Source: Antedon mediterranea
Lineage: Eukaryota; Animalia; Echinodermata
Direction of reading: 5' to 3'
Assembly: GCF_964355755.1 (NCBI RefSeq)
Contig: NC_092670.1
Location: 11,332,795 to 11,396,794 of the forward strand
DNA: 64,000 nucleotides
The translations under genes were made by a program, and so were the position numbers. This document shows, one piece after another, positions 38,501 to 50,042 of the stretch. Below the pieces are notes generated by a model. That model did no database searches. It worked only from the letters and a program-made list of their open reading frames with translations, and had not been told where the DNA came from. Numbering within the stretch: the stretch's first letter is position 1; each line of letters starts with the position of its first letter.

Positions 38501-41500
38501 AAAATATTTTGGAGATATACAAAGCCATGGGATACATATAAGAAAATTGTAAGATACTGTATATCTTTAGATTTGTATTTTCTAACCTCAAAATGGTCCG
38601 AATCTTGAGTGTCATCCTGATTAATAAGCTCAGTAAATAAAGAAACAGGATCTCTGATGAAAAGATGAGAAATATGTTGTGCAAGTAGTCTATCAATTCC
38701 TATTAAATTTAATAAAAAATAAATAATTATTACAAAGTAAATAAAAGAATAAATATTAAAAAATACATACACATACTGTACATATTAACAATATGAACAA
38801 CTTCGATTGACTTTAAACAAATAATACAAATTAGACATGTAATAAGAATATCCTGGATTTATATAGTGTGATATAAAGATATACTTTTATATTTAAGAAA
38901 TTGACCTTTGTATCGGAATTTAAATAGGTTCACAAACTTGACCCAGAAAGTCCGAAGGAGAGTTTGTCCAGATGTTTTAATGACCATTTAGTTTATAATA
39001 GAGTCCCTAAAGAAAACACTTAGCTTAATTTTGTGACTTTCCCATCGTTAAACCAGGAGTATTCGACACTATTTAAGTACAGATTTGACAGTGTCATCCA
39101 TCACAGAAATACCTTATGACACCGTTAATCACTCCCACTTAAACACCCCTGGATCAACTTAGGACCAATCGTTACCCTCACAGATGATGTAATGACATTA
39201 TGCAAATGAACTGAGCCAATATACTCCCAAGTTTCAGAAGGGCCCAGACACATCTTACAACCACGCCACGGAACACACACCTTACAACCACTTCTCCAGA
39301 AGCAGACCTACACACTTCACACCTCACCGACAGCATCATTGATTGTCCGTTCCTTATCTATACTTATAGTTGTATATTGTACTGAAGTATTATACTGAAT
39401 AAACAATATAGTGTTACGACAGCCAAGCGAGTAGAGTCTTTCATTAGTACCTCAACAACCCAACATTATATTACATGGTGGAAGACCCAAATTTCATAAG
39501 GAACGGAGTGAGAAAACAAGAAATAAACACTTAACAAGACACGAAGACGAAGACGAAGACAAAAATAAACATATTTGTTTGAAAGGAGAGAAATTTACTT
39601 TGACTCAAAAGACAAGCTGAAATTATATTTGAATGAGATCGAGACAAGCAGAAATTTGATCAAATTATTACCATTGGATGAAGACAAAAAAGATAATCGA
39701 GGAAGACACAAAAGACAAGCTGAAATTATATTTGAATGAAATCGAGACAAGCAGAAATTTTATGAAATTATAACCATTGGATAAAGACAAAGAAGATAAT
39801 CGAGGAAGACCCAAGAAGAATCAAAACAGAAGCAAGCGGACAAGAACTGTTTCGTTTAGAGACTTTCAACTTCACGCCGTTTTTTTTCGATCGTTTTTTT
39901 AACATTTACTTTTTTGAACATTGATGAACACCTTTCGCATTTTTTTTAATTCGTTGTTTGAACATTTAAACAATCTTGAACACTTTTGCATTCCTTTAAT
40001 TCATTTTTAATTGGATCCGAAGCATTAGGGGTAAGTCAAAACCATTTTGAATTTTGATTTGTAACCTTGATTGAAAAAAGTGAGAGTTTACATATATACA
40101 CACTAAAATTGTTTTTTAAATTGTTAAAATAATTGTTGAATAAACCCGCCGATAATAATAATGAGAAAATTCAGAACACCGTTAACGTAGTAAATGACGA
40201 AAACAATGTTTAATTTATCGACGAACATGATAGGACACCAGCCCAATTGCAATCAGATACCCTTACACATCCAACAAAGATAGAACCCCTTAACTTGCAA
40301 CCTTACATTGACTGTGTAGAGAACAACATGGGATTAGCAGCCCCATTCCAAATGAAAGAAGAACAAATTAAGGAACAAACTAATTTAATTATGACAGCAC
40401 CTAATGATTCAAGTATGACATTAAACCGAGGTAGATTTAAAGCAGGACATTTCCAAGTTTTAGTTTCATATTCTAAACCGACTTCAGCCAAACGTAACAC
40501 CGATAAAACAAAACACGAATCTAATGATCGCAAATTTTGGTAGAATATTGACAGATATAACGATACAGATAAATTAATTAAAGAGATTATTAATGATAAA
40601 CAGATACCGATAAGTGGATCGCCAAAACGATTCATAAAACGTTTGTATAATGCAACGAATTACTGATTTAATTTTTTTTTGCAAGATTATTTTTAATTAC
40701 GACATTTGCTAAATTAACGATAGCATAGTCTACGTTATTGATGAGATTTGTTTAATAATAATGTGATTTCAGTTAAAAGAGAATTAAAATTATGATTAAG
40801 TATTGATTTTGTAACGAGTTTGATAAAGATTAATTTTGAATTTTGATGATCGATATATTGAGATATTGAAAAGAACGACAATCATTTTGTAACAAATATT
40901 TTGTTTAACCTTTGAGTCGTTAATCTCAAGCATTAATTAATTGATATACAATAACAGGAGATTTTCTTAGTACTTTTAATTGTAATTTTTTTAACATTGA
41001 GTACAAAAGTCGAATTTGTCGATTGATTGAAATCGTAATTACCTGTGAATATAAATGCTTAAATCGATAAAGTTGTGACGATAACGATATATTGTGGATA
41101 AGTTTGTGTCAACGGGACACACACATTTGTTTCTTTAAAGTTTTAAGTGATTAAGTTTGATATTTTGATTTTAGGCTAATCAGCCACAGTTTCTTGAGTT
41201 TTATGTTTTAATTTGATGATTTATGTTTGAAGACCATTAGAACGCGATGAGTTGTCGCACGATTTGATGTATGTTCAATGTAACATACTATTTTTTTTAA
41301 GTTTTGTATTTTTATTTTTAACTGATTTATGTTTGATTTACGCGAATTTTATACCAAATTCATTTTTAATTTCATTTTTTTTAAGAGAGAGAAGAGAGAG
41401 AGTGAAAGTGATAAGGTTACACTTCAGAGTCAATGGTTTTGGCTAACTCAATTTTTGCTTATATGTATAATAATGTTTTTTTCTTTTATATAACTTTAAT

Positions 41501-44500
41501 TTTGCATGCCACTATTATAACCATTTTTATATGTTAAATAGATTAGAAAAAAAAAAAAAAGGGAAACAGAGGGATGTGATATAAAGATATACTTTTATAT
41601 TTAAGAAATTGACCTTTGTATCGGAATTTAAATAGGTTCACAAACTTGACCCAGAAAGTCCGAAGGAGAGTTTGTCCAGATGTTTTAATGACCATTTAGT
41701 TTATAATAGAGTCCCTAAAGAAAACACTTAGCTTAATTTTGTGACTTTCCCATCGTTAAACCAGGAGTATTCGACACTATTTAAGTACAGATTTGACAGT
41801 GTCATCCATCACAGAAATACCTTATGACACCGTTAATCACTCCCACTTAAACACCCCTGGATCAACTTAGGACCAATCGTTACCCTCACAGATGATGTAA
41901 TGACATTATGCAAATGAACTGAGCCAATATACTCCCAAGTTTCAGAAGGGCCCAGACACATCTTACAACCACGCCACGGAACACACACCTTACAACCACT
42001 TCTCCAGAAGCAGACCTACACACTTCACACCTCACCGACAGCATCATTGATTGTCCGTTCCTTATCTATACTTATAGTTGTATATTGTACTGAAGTATTA
42101 TACTGAATAAACAATATAGTGTTACGACAGCCAAGCGAGTAGAGTCTTTCATTAGTACCTCAACAACGCAACATTATATTACAATAGCGCCTAATGTTGT
42201 GAAACCTCTAAGCGCTGTCATTTTTGGATCAAACACATATGGAAACTTACTCCCATATGGCAGGTAGTAATCGCAAATTTGTTTTGACCGTTACCAGGTA
42301 ACCATTTGTACACCTAGGTCGAGAGAGGCAAACATAAAGTAATGTGCTTGACAATGCTCACAATCTTATGACCATTTAGTCAAACATAACACGCCCTTAC
42401 ATGTATAACACACTTGTACATACCAGCATTTTGAAGTCGTTTACACACGTCTTGATCGATTACCAGATCGATGTCATTATAACGTTCGCTAGATTCACAG
42501 AGGTAGCTATCGATAGAGTCATATCTTGATTTGTGGATCCTATGTTTGTTCTCTTTTAGGTCCTATGATATATAAATAAAGTAGAAACTCTATTGAGGGG
42601 AAACCTTCATTCAATATCGGGAGACAGGGAATTACCTTAACAGTAAGGGACTTTGGGGGTTCTTCCAATAATAATCGATTTTTCAATTTTATCAATTTTT
42701 TTCTTCAATTGTTACCCAATATGTTATTTTATCTCATCCATTTTTAAGTAATTAAATTACCTTGAGTCCTCTTTCTTCGTCTGTCCTGTCATCTACCGAA
42801 GACGAGATGACATACCAGCGACAATCGATATCAGAAACATATCCACGGTAGAATGGCGAGGCTGCACTTAATGATAACTAAGAAAGTGAATAATTGAAAA
42901 TAAATAATTCAAAATAAATAAACTGATGAAAAATACAAAAAATTGTGATGTGCCCATATATGGACATGATGATGTCATCACTACTACAATGAAGATGAAG
43001 ATTCGAACCCGTTATCTTCTGCTTGTAATCTGGCAAAACAGAAAAAATATTTCTTACCATTATTGGACAGAACGGATTCAATTGGTCATATAAGCTTCTA
43101 GCCTCTTCAATACAGCATCCTTGGAAAGTCATTTGAATGCAAGAGTTTCCCATGCCAAATGCCATAGCATCCATATAGATGTGGTCTGGCAGAGCTGCTC
43201 TGGCAGATTCACCATCTGCATCATTTGGGAACTTCTCAATGAATGGAGAAGGTGTGTTTGTATCTTTATAGACTAAAAAATATAATAAAATAAATAATAA
43301 TTAAGTATTGATATAACGGTACATCACGTATGTATAGTTCTGAAAAGAACTGTTGAGTTTCTCGATGTTTTGATCAATATACTTTGATCGTCCTCAAGAA
43401 TGAAAATGCAGAAAGTCCAGGAAACTGGGAATATAAGTGAAATTGGGTGGGACTGGTGTGAAAGCTAAAACAAAAGCAATGTTCACAGTGGGAGGGATTG
43501 AAATTAGCTATAGAAGAGCATTGTTCACAGTGGGAGGGATTGAAATTAGCTATAGAAGAGCATTGTTTCTCATAAAATAATAAAGTTGATAATGATGACT
43601 GACAGTAGTTGTCTTTAGTGGTGGCAATGCTTGTTAATATGCTCATGACTACTAATGCGAAGATCTGTGGTCAAGTCCTGTTCCTGACAATAAGGTATTC
43701 CAATTAATAACACATCCAGGTTTATTCTTGTCATTTGATTAGTTAACTACATATCACATGCCGTTCGGTATTAAGTTTACCTAACGTGATATCTAATGGG
43801 GATATTCAATGCTTCTAATGCACCTTTTTCAACATTTTGCTTGCTATGTAATCTACACTTTCTTTAAAATGATAATGTACTGCATGATTGCAGTGTGTCT
43901 ATTGTATAGGTTAAACTTACTTGGTACATTTATGCAAACTTTCTCGCCTCTTCTTTTCCGAATGTTTCTAGTTAATGTCCTGAAATTAAATAAAACCAAT
44001 GCTTAATTTGAACCTTGGCACTAGGTCAGGATTGAACCATGCACTAGGTCACGATTGAACCATGCACTTGTCAGGATTGAACCTTGGACCTTGTGATTGG
44101 AAGTAGAGCACGAATCAAGCTAAATCTACACCACAATCAAACAAAACAACAATTTAAATATGGCATTATCATCACTATATTTTATTGATATACAATTTAC
44201 CTATATCGTGGATGATCACTAAATATTACTTCATCGGGAATAAATATCGATTTTGATGCACCAGCGTCTGTTGGAGTTGGCTCGTATGAAGGGTGTGTGA
44301 AGTTTGGACAGCCAAGCCTATAAAGAAAGTAATAAGATATATAGCTGTGTCTCTTTGCAGGTTTTCTCTTCTGAATCGTGTACAAAAAAACCTAACCCTA
44401 ACCCTAACACCTTTATTTCCTAGTGTAAAAGAGATATTTAATATCCAACAATGAATATGAGAATTTTATTCAAAAAAATTAATATTTACATAAAAGTTAC

Positions 44501-47500
44501 ATATATTATATACGATTTAAATGTTAAATAAACATATTGACAACATTTCAGAACTATGTCATCATAGAGATATTATAACTATAATATCTGTTTGAGGTCA
44601 CTTGAAATTTTTCTAGTGTAAATCTAAAAGAAATCTATCTAATATCCAACAATGAATATGAGAATTCTATTCCAAAAAATAAATATTTACTTTGAGATAA
44701 GTACTCCACTTCAACTTCAACAATTTGTTAAATAAACATATTGACAAAATGTCAGAACTATTATGTCACCATGGAGATATTTAAGTGAATAGTTCACTAC
44801 AATATCTCTATGATGTCGCTAAAGCTCTGGGTCAGTGTCTACAAAGAGTGTGATGTGCCCAAATATGGTAGTGATATAATGTCATCTTGTCCATATATGG
44901 GCACATCATTTTTGTATTGTCACATAAAGTTTGATAGTGCAGATAGAGCTTTAAGCAGAGATTTTGAAATTTTGCTAGCTTATAAATAAGAAATGTTTTT
45001 AATATCCAATGATATCTCTATGATGTCACTAGGCATACAAGAGACAAGAACATGTGATCTGAATCAACTGAAAATATGGTAAAGAACTTAGTACATCTTT
45101 CGAGACGAGTAGGGGGCTATCCCTGTGTACTAGTATACACACAGCCACTGTCACAAACAGACACTTATCATAACTCTACAAGACCGCCCCGTGATTTTTA
45201 GCATACGCTGCTGTTTACTTCACTCTAGTTGACTAGAATAATAAACATTAAAAAATGTAAAACGGTTGCAAAATCAGACAATTTGAAATAGACTTTATAA
45301 ATAATGACTTAGTTCCCAACCTTGGAAATGCCGTCAAACTCAATGGTGCCTCTCCATTTTGTTCATCCAGTAGCTTCCTTACCTCTTCACGCCTGATAAT
45401 AGAAGAAGAAATTCGTAAAAACACTCTCTACACTGTTTTTACAAAACAAATGGTTACTTTATTGCGACTGACAATGTCAAATTGATCCATTATCATTTGA
45501 ATGTGATCAGTACATCATCGATTGATCATGATGACTTGGTTGTCAGTGTCAAGTTTATGATTAAGCAGAATCTTAATTTGTTTTACCTACTTTTCATAAG
45601 AAATTAGAGCACTGCCAGCCCTGGAATGGTGTAGGCTTAGTCTGTCTACACTATCAAACTTTGTGACAAAAAAATGTGCCCATATATCACACCACACTTT
45701 CCTGTCAAACTAGTTTGATAGTGTAGACAGAGATTTAGCAGTGGAGTAATTGAATAAATGTAAATGTGTTATAAAACAAAAAATGAATATTTTTATATTA
45801 ATATGCAATGGAACAAATATTTGTATTCGGTGAAAATGAAAATCGTAAAATATTCACTCATAAATTGTATAATGAATTCTTAAACAGATTGTGCTCTACC
45901 AATACTGAACAAAAACTTAAATCCATTTTTCATTACCGTAATCTCATGTTGGCCTCTACAATGTTGAAATGTGCAAGTGTACCACCATAAGGCTTTCCTG
46001 GTGTTCCTTCAACCATGTAGTTAGCATATTCAGGACGCCAAGTCGTTGGGTGGTTTCTGAAAAGAACAATATTTAAAAAAAATAAATAAGATATAAAAAA
46101 GTATGGTATACTGTGTTAAGCTTGACAATCAAGTAAACTTTAAAAAAAATCTCTACACAAAAATAAATCTGCTAACTTTATGTACCTTTTGGAGTAGCAG
46201 GGAAGGGAGGCTTAGCACTCCTAAGGGGCCCTTCAATGTTGGATAGTTTCATTGGGCTGCTCTTGATCTGGGGCTCTTTAAGCTTTGGGGCCCTGCGTTT
46301 GGCCAGGGAGCGCTCATAGCTGTTACGCCACTGGCTATTACATTATTATATGCTATTATCAAATTTGACAATAGCAAGAAATATGGTATACTGTGTTAAA
46401 CTAGACAATTGAGTAAACTTTAAGAAACATCTCTACACAAAAATAAATCTGCTAACTTTATGTACAGTACCTTTTGGAGTAGCAGGGAAGACACTCCTAA
46501 GGGGCCCTTCAATGTTGGATAGTTTCATTGGGCTGGGCTTGCTTTGTAGCCCCTGGGTTTAGCCAGTGAGCGCTCATAGAAGTTACGCCACTGGCTATTA
46601 TATTATTATTATATGCTATTATTAAATTTGACAATAGCAAGAAATACAAATAAAAATTAATTGGGTAATAATATACGCAAATAGGAATTTCGCTATTATT
46701 AATAATTACAAAAACTCAAGGTTGAGCTACTTTAGAAAAGAAAAAAAATCAATCAATCCATTAGAAGATTTTATATTAAAAAAAATTTACATTAACTACA
46801 CTAAAAAGAAAATCAAGAAATTTGCTATAAAAAAAAATCAATTTCCATTTGTGTTTGTAATTTAATTTAATAAGTTCTTTTTGCATAATCATTTTTTTCT
46901 GTGTGTTTGATTGTTCATCAATGTACTGTACTTACGATGGACTTGTTTGCTCTTTTTCTTGAAGAATTTTAAGAAGCTCAGGTCCTCTGAGATTTAATTG
47001 GGCTCTTTGGCTGTTTTGGTCGAGACGCACCAGCATATATTCAATCTATAAAATAATGAATATTTATGAGTGCGATGGTACAAATAATTTTAGGTGAAAG
47101 ATGAAATTCTATATTCCATGAGGCAAAAATAAAACGTAAAAAGAAAAGAATATTAAACAATCGTTAAATAGTATGTGTACCGTTATGTATTATGTCAAAT
47201 CAAATGACAGGAATTAATTTAAGTGTTATATAATAATAAAGGCTTATAATTAACATACAGTACTCAACATAAGGTTTAGACCTAAAGCTTAGCCATGACA
47301 ATCATCAAAAAGTCAAAGAGATTTTAAGTATGTAATCTACAACCTGTATAAGTCAACCTATTCAATTTCTAGTATACAGTAATATATAAGCTAACCTATT
47401 CAATTTCATGTTGCAATAAGTGCATGGATTTATGCCTCAAAGCTGGCATAGCCTTGTGGAAAGAAAGCCTTTACAATCTTTCATGAGCAATGGACATTTT

Positions 47501-49297
47501 CACTGTAGAGGACCTTAACCCCCCCACACCCCTCTCGTCTATAAGTTGTTGACAAGGCTAGAGTAAATACATTTTACAAAGGCAAATGTACATACTGTAT
47601 TTGTGTGAACAGCATTCAGTAACTTAGATATCAATTGTGGGTATTAGATGAATGTAGTGCATGAAACATGACATGGCAAAATCTTATCTACAGTGTACTC
47701 TACTCCACAAATACAGTATGTTCTCACATATACCATTGCCACATCATTATTGAAACACGATGAATAGACAATTATTACGAAATTTGGAACCCATATCATA
47801 TTCCATTGTCCAATAAAATTGTATTGTTAATCTTATTGTAACACAAATATTATTATTTTATCATTTATGATTTTTGAAATTGCTAACTTAAATTTTAGAT
47901 AAAATACAATATTTTGTATTTCATTTTTGGCAAAACAATATTTTTTGTTTACACTAATAAATTATAGTAAGGGATCATGTTAAAACTATTCTACTGCAGT
48001 AACTGCATTTTGCTTTCTCGTAAAACTGTTTATGTAAGTTATCAAGCTATTTTTTGGTATTTATAAAAAAAAACTGTTTATTGCAGGGTCTGCCTCATAC
48101 ACTTCTCAATTGAAATACAGTATCATACATTATTGCAGTATGGAAATGTAATTACTGGAGTAACTGCAGTAGAATAGTGTTTGTGAATACAAAAGAAGAT
48201 CTCCAACCATGATCTTGAGATTTCCAGTAATATGGCTTCATTACACAATAACCAACCTTGGATTAAATCTAGCTATATTTTATTGCTTCAAAATACTGAA
48301 CAACAATTACAGCAATAAATTTTGTTTAGTCATGCTAAGTCCATACATACAGCGATGGTTTTAAACAAAATGCATTCTTCAGTTGTGGTTTTCAATCAAG
48401 TTGTTATGGTTCAAATCCTGCTTGTTCTCAAACATTTTCAAACACTATATAACATTTGTAAGGTTTTGATTACATGAGGTTGACAAAGCAGTCACAAGTT
48501 TGGTAAAATGATATAACAAGTTTTTAAATATATTTATTTCTTCTAATGCTGCATCAATGCACACAATTGAAAAGTGCACTGGAGTGCAACATTGGCAAAT
48601 TTATGAACAGCCTTTCATTTGATGTCACAATTACCATATGACCAAGTATAGTCCCATGGGATCTGAGAATGAAATCTTGAGAAAAGGGGATGGGACTATA
48701 TTTTTTTGCTTTGTATTTTATCTTTTCTTTATGGATCAAATAAACTGATTTGTGACTTGTGCTGTGACTTGGATTGTTCAACATTAACAATGGAATTTTA
48801 AAAAATCTGCAAAATTGTCCCAATTTAACAATTATGGAATGGGATTCTTGAACATGAGACTACTGTATATTGGAGGAATCCATTCATACCATAGTTTTAA
48901 GAACAGAATTCATGACAGTTGTAATGGTTTGATTAAAATCATAGTCAATGTACTTCTACAATCTAACCTTCATCAGCGTTGGTTCAAATGTACAGTATAT
49001 TTTAAGTTGTTTAAAATGTTATTTGTTGTTGTTTATGAGTGTTGGCATGTATGTTTTTATATGTTTTTGTATGGATGTACTATCCAACATAAAGCCAATG
49101 AATGAATGTGAATGAATGACTATACGGTAATTCACTGTTTGACTTGCCTCATCTCCCCATTTGAGAACGTCACCCTTGCGATCTTTTAGTCTCTCGTACA
49201 GGTTGATGAATTGCTCAACTCCGTGGTTTCTTACATGTTCAGCAAGCTTCTTCGTTTCTTCCCAAGATAAAGGTGAGCCTTCCGACAGCAAGCCCAT
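35529..49297 (-). CDS. GCLC: Glutamate-cysteine ligase catalytic subunit, ~15 coding exons
   Basis: Approximate exons: 49148-49297 ([17 protein letters not shown]...LKWGDE), 46936-47045, 45937-46056 ([20 protein letters not shown]), 45321-45392, 44200-44317 (LGCPNFTHP), 43921-43979, 43058-43272 ([23 protein letters not shown]), 42761-42877, 42424-42562 ([11 protein letters not shown]), 38587-38699 (HLFIRDP...SDHFE), 37757-37849 ([16 protein letters not shown]...[11 protein letters not shown]), 37189-37293, 36518-36599, 36080-36287, 35529-35818. Confidence 0.97.
38205..38440. repeat. 46-bp minisatellite GGAAATATGGATATGTCCAGAAACAGGGATATGTCAAGACACACAG, ~5 copies
   Basis: Tandem copies; explains the overlapping repetitive ORFs at 38089-38608. 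Confidence 0.93.
38867..39475 (+). repeat. 5' LTR (609 bp)
   Basis: TGTGATATAA...TTATATTACA; AATAAA at ~39398. Confidence 0.95.
41575..42183 (+). repeat. 3' LTR (609 bp)
   Basis: Direct repeat of 38867-39475. The one difference seen by eye is CAACCCAAC vs CAACGCAAC near the end. Confidence 0.95.
46102..46646. repeat. ~280-bp diverged tandem duplication in a GCLC intron
   Basis: TATGGTATACTGTGTTAA...AAATTTGACAATAGCAAGAAATA occurs twice (starting ~46102 and ~46382). Confidence 0.88.
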
Positions 49298-49964
49298 TGT
49301 CAATCTATAATGAAGAGGTTAATGAACATTACAAGTGTAACTCCCTCTTCGACGATGTAATATTAAATTAAAGAACAGACTTCTCAATTAGCCGATATAG
49401 GCTATTTACAAGCTAAAACCCCTAGTAGTAGGCCTAGCTAGGCTAGGGCCTGCCAATTTCTGTGTAACACTGTAAAGTGTAGTATAAGCCTCCGACCTGG
49501 CTGGCCCTTCTTCCCTTTGCTCTGCTGGGCCTACTGGGCACTACTACACTAGAGGCTAGAAAACCTAGGCCTAGCGTATACAGTCTATGTAGGCCTAGAG
49601 GAAGCCCTGACCCCAGAGCAGTGTCCTGCCTGTATCTAGACCTAGCCTGGCTAGGCTAGTAGGCGGCTTAGCCTTAACAGGATAGCTAGCTAGGCCTGCC
49701 TGGCCCTAGCTAGCTAGTAGCCTAGTACTAGTAGAGGGTGAGTAGCCTCCTAACTCCGGGAATCCCTAACTCCTACTAATATTATAAGGCCCTAGCTAGC
49801 TAGTAGGCCTATATAATAAACGCCATAAAAGAAAATATATATTTATTACTTTACCACACCAAAGAAATTAATGATTCCACGGCTAATTTCTATCGTAGGC
49901 TAGGCTACGCCAAGCAATCCATTCACGAACTCTGCGGTGTAGCTAACTACTTACTACTGCGGGA

Positions 49965-49979
49965 CTTTTGCTTAGTCAT
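49965..49979 (-). promoter_or_regulatory. Antioxidant response element (Nrf2/CncC-sMaf site) ATGACTAAGCAAAA at the GCLC 5' end
   Basis: Plus-strand TTTTGCTTAGTCAT is an exact match to RTGACnnnGCA with an A/T-rich flank. GCLC is an established Nrf2 target. Confidence 0.7.
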
Positions 49980-50032
49980 ATCGCGCTACATACACACACC
50001 ACACTGGCCTCTCGTGGGGGAAGAAATTGAAG

Positions 50033-50042
50033 TGGGCGGGGC
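50033..50042. promoter_or_regulatory. GC box (Sp/KLF) TGGGCGGGGC in the putative GCLC promoter
   Basis: Consensus match upstream of a probable non-coding first exon (donor GTA|GTAAGT at ~49954; acceptor ttatAG 7 nt before the ATG). Confidence 0.5.

Larger units (their letters stand above)
38867..42183 (+). mobile_element. Non-autonomous LTR retrotransposon (Gypsy-like), 3317 bp, in a GCLC intron
   Basis: LTRs 38867-39475 and 41575-42183 (609 bp each, TGT...ACA, near-identical). 4-bp TSD ATAG (38863-38866, 42184-42187). PBS-like TGGTGGAAGACCC directly after the 5' LTR, and polypurine tract AGAAAAAAAAAAAAAAGGGAAACAGAGGGA directly before the 3' LTR. The 2.1-kb interior lacks gag/pol ORFs. Confidence 0.95.

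Noticed and set aside
38089-38608. Overlapping repetitive ORFs on both strands
   Set aside because: Products of a 46-bp intronic minisatellite.
44389-44409. Telomere-like (CCCTAA)n
   Set aside because: Only about three units inside an intron; too short to be meaningful.
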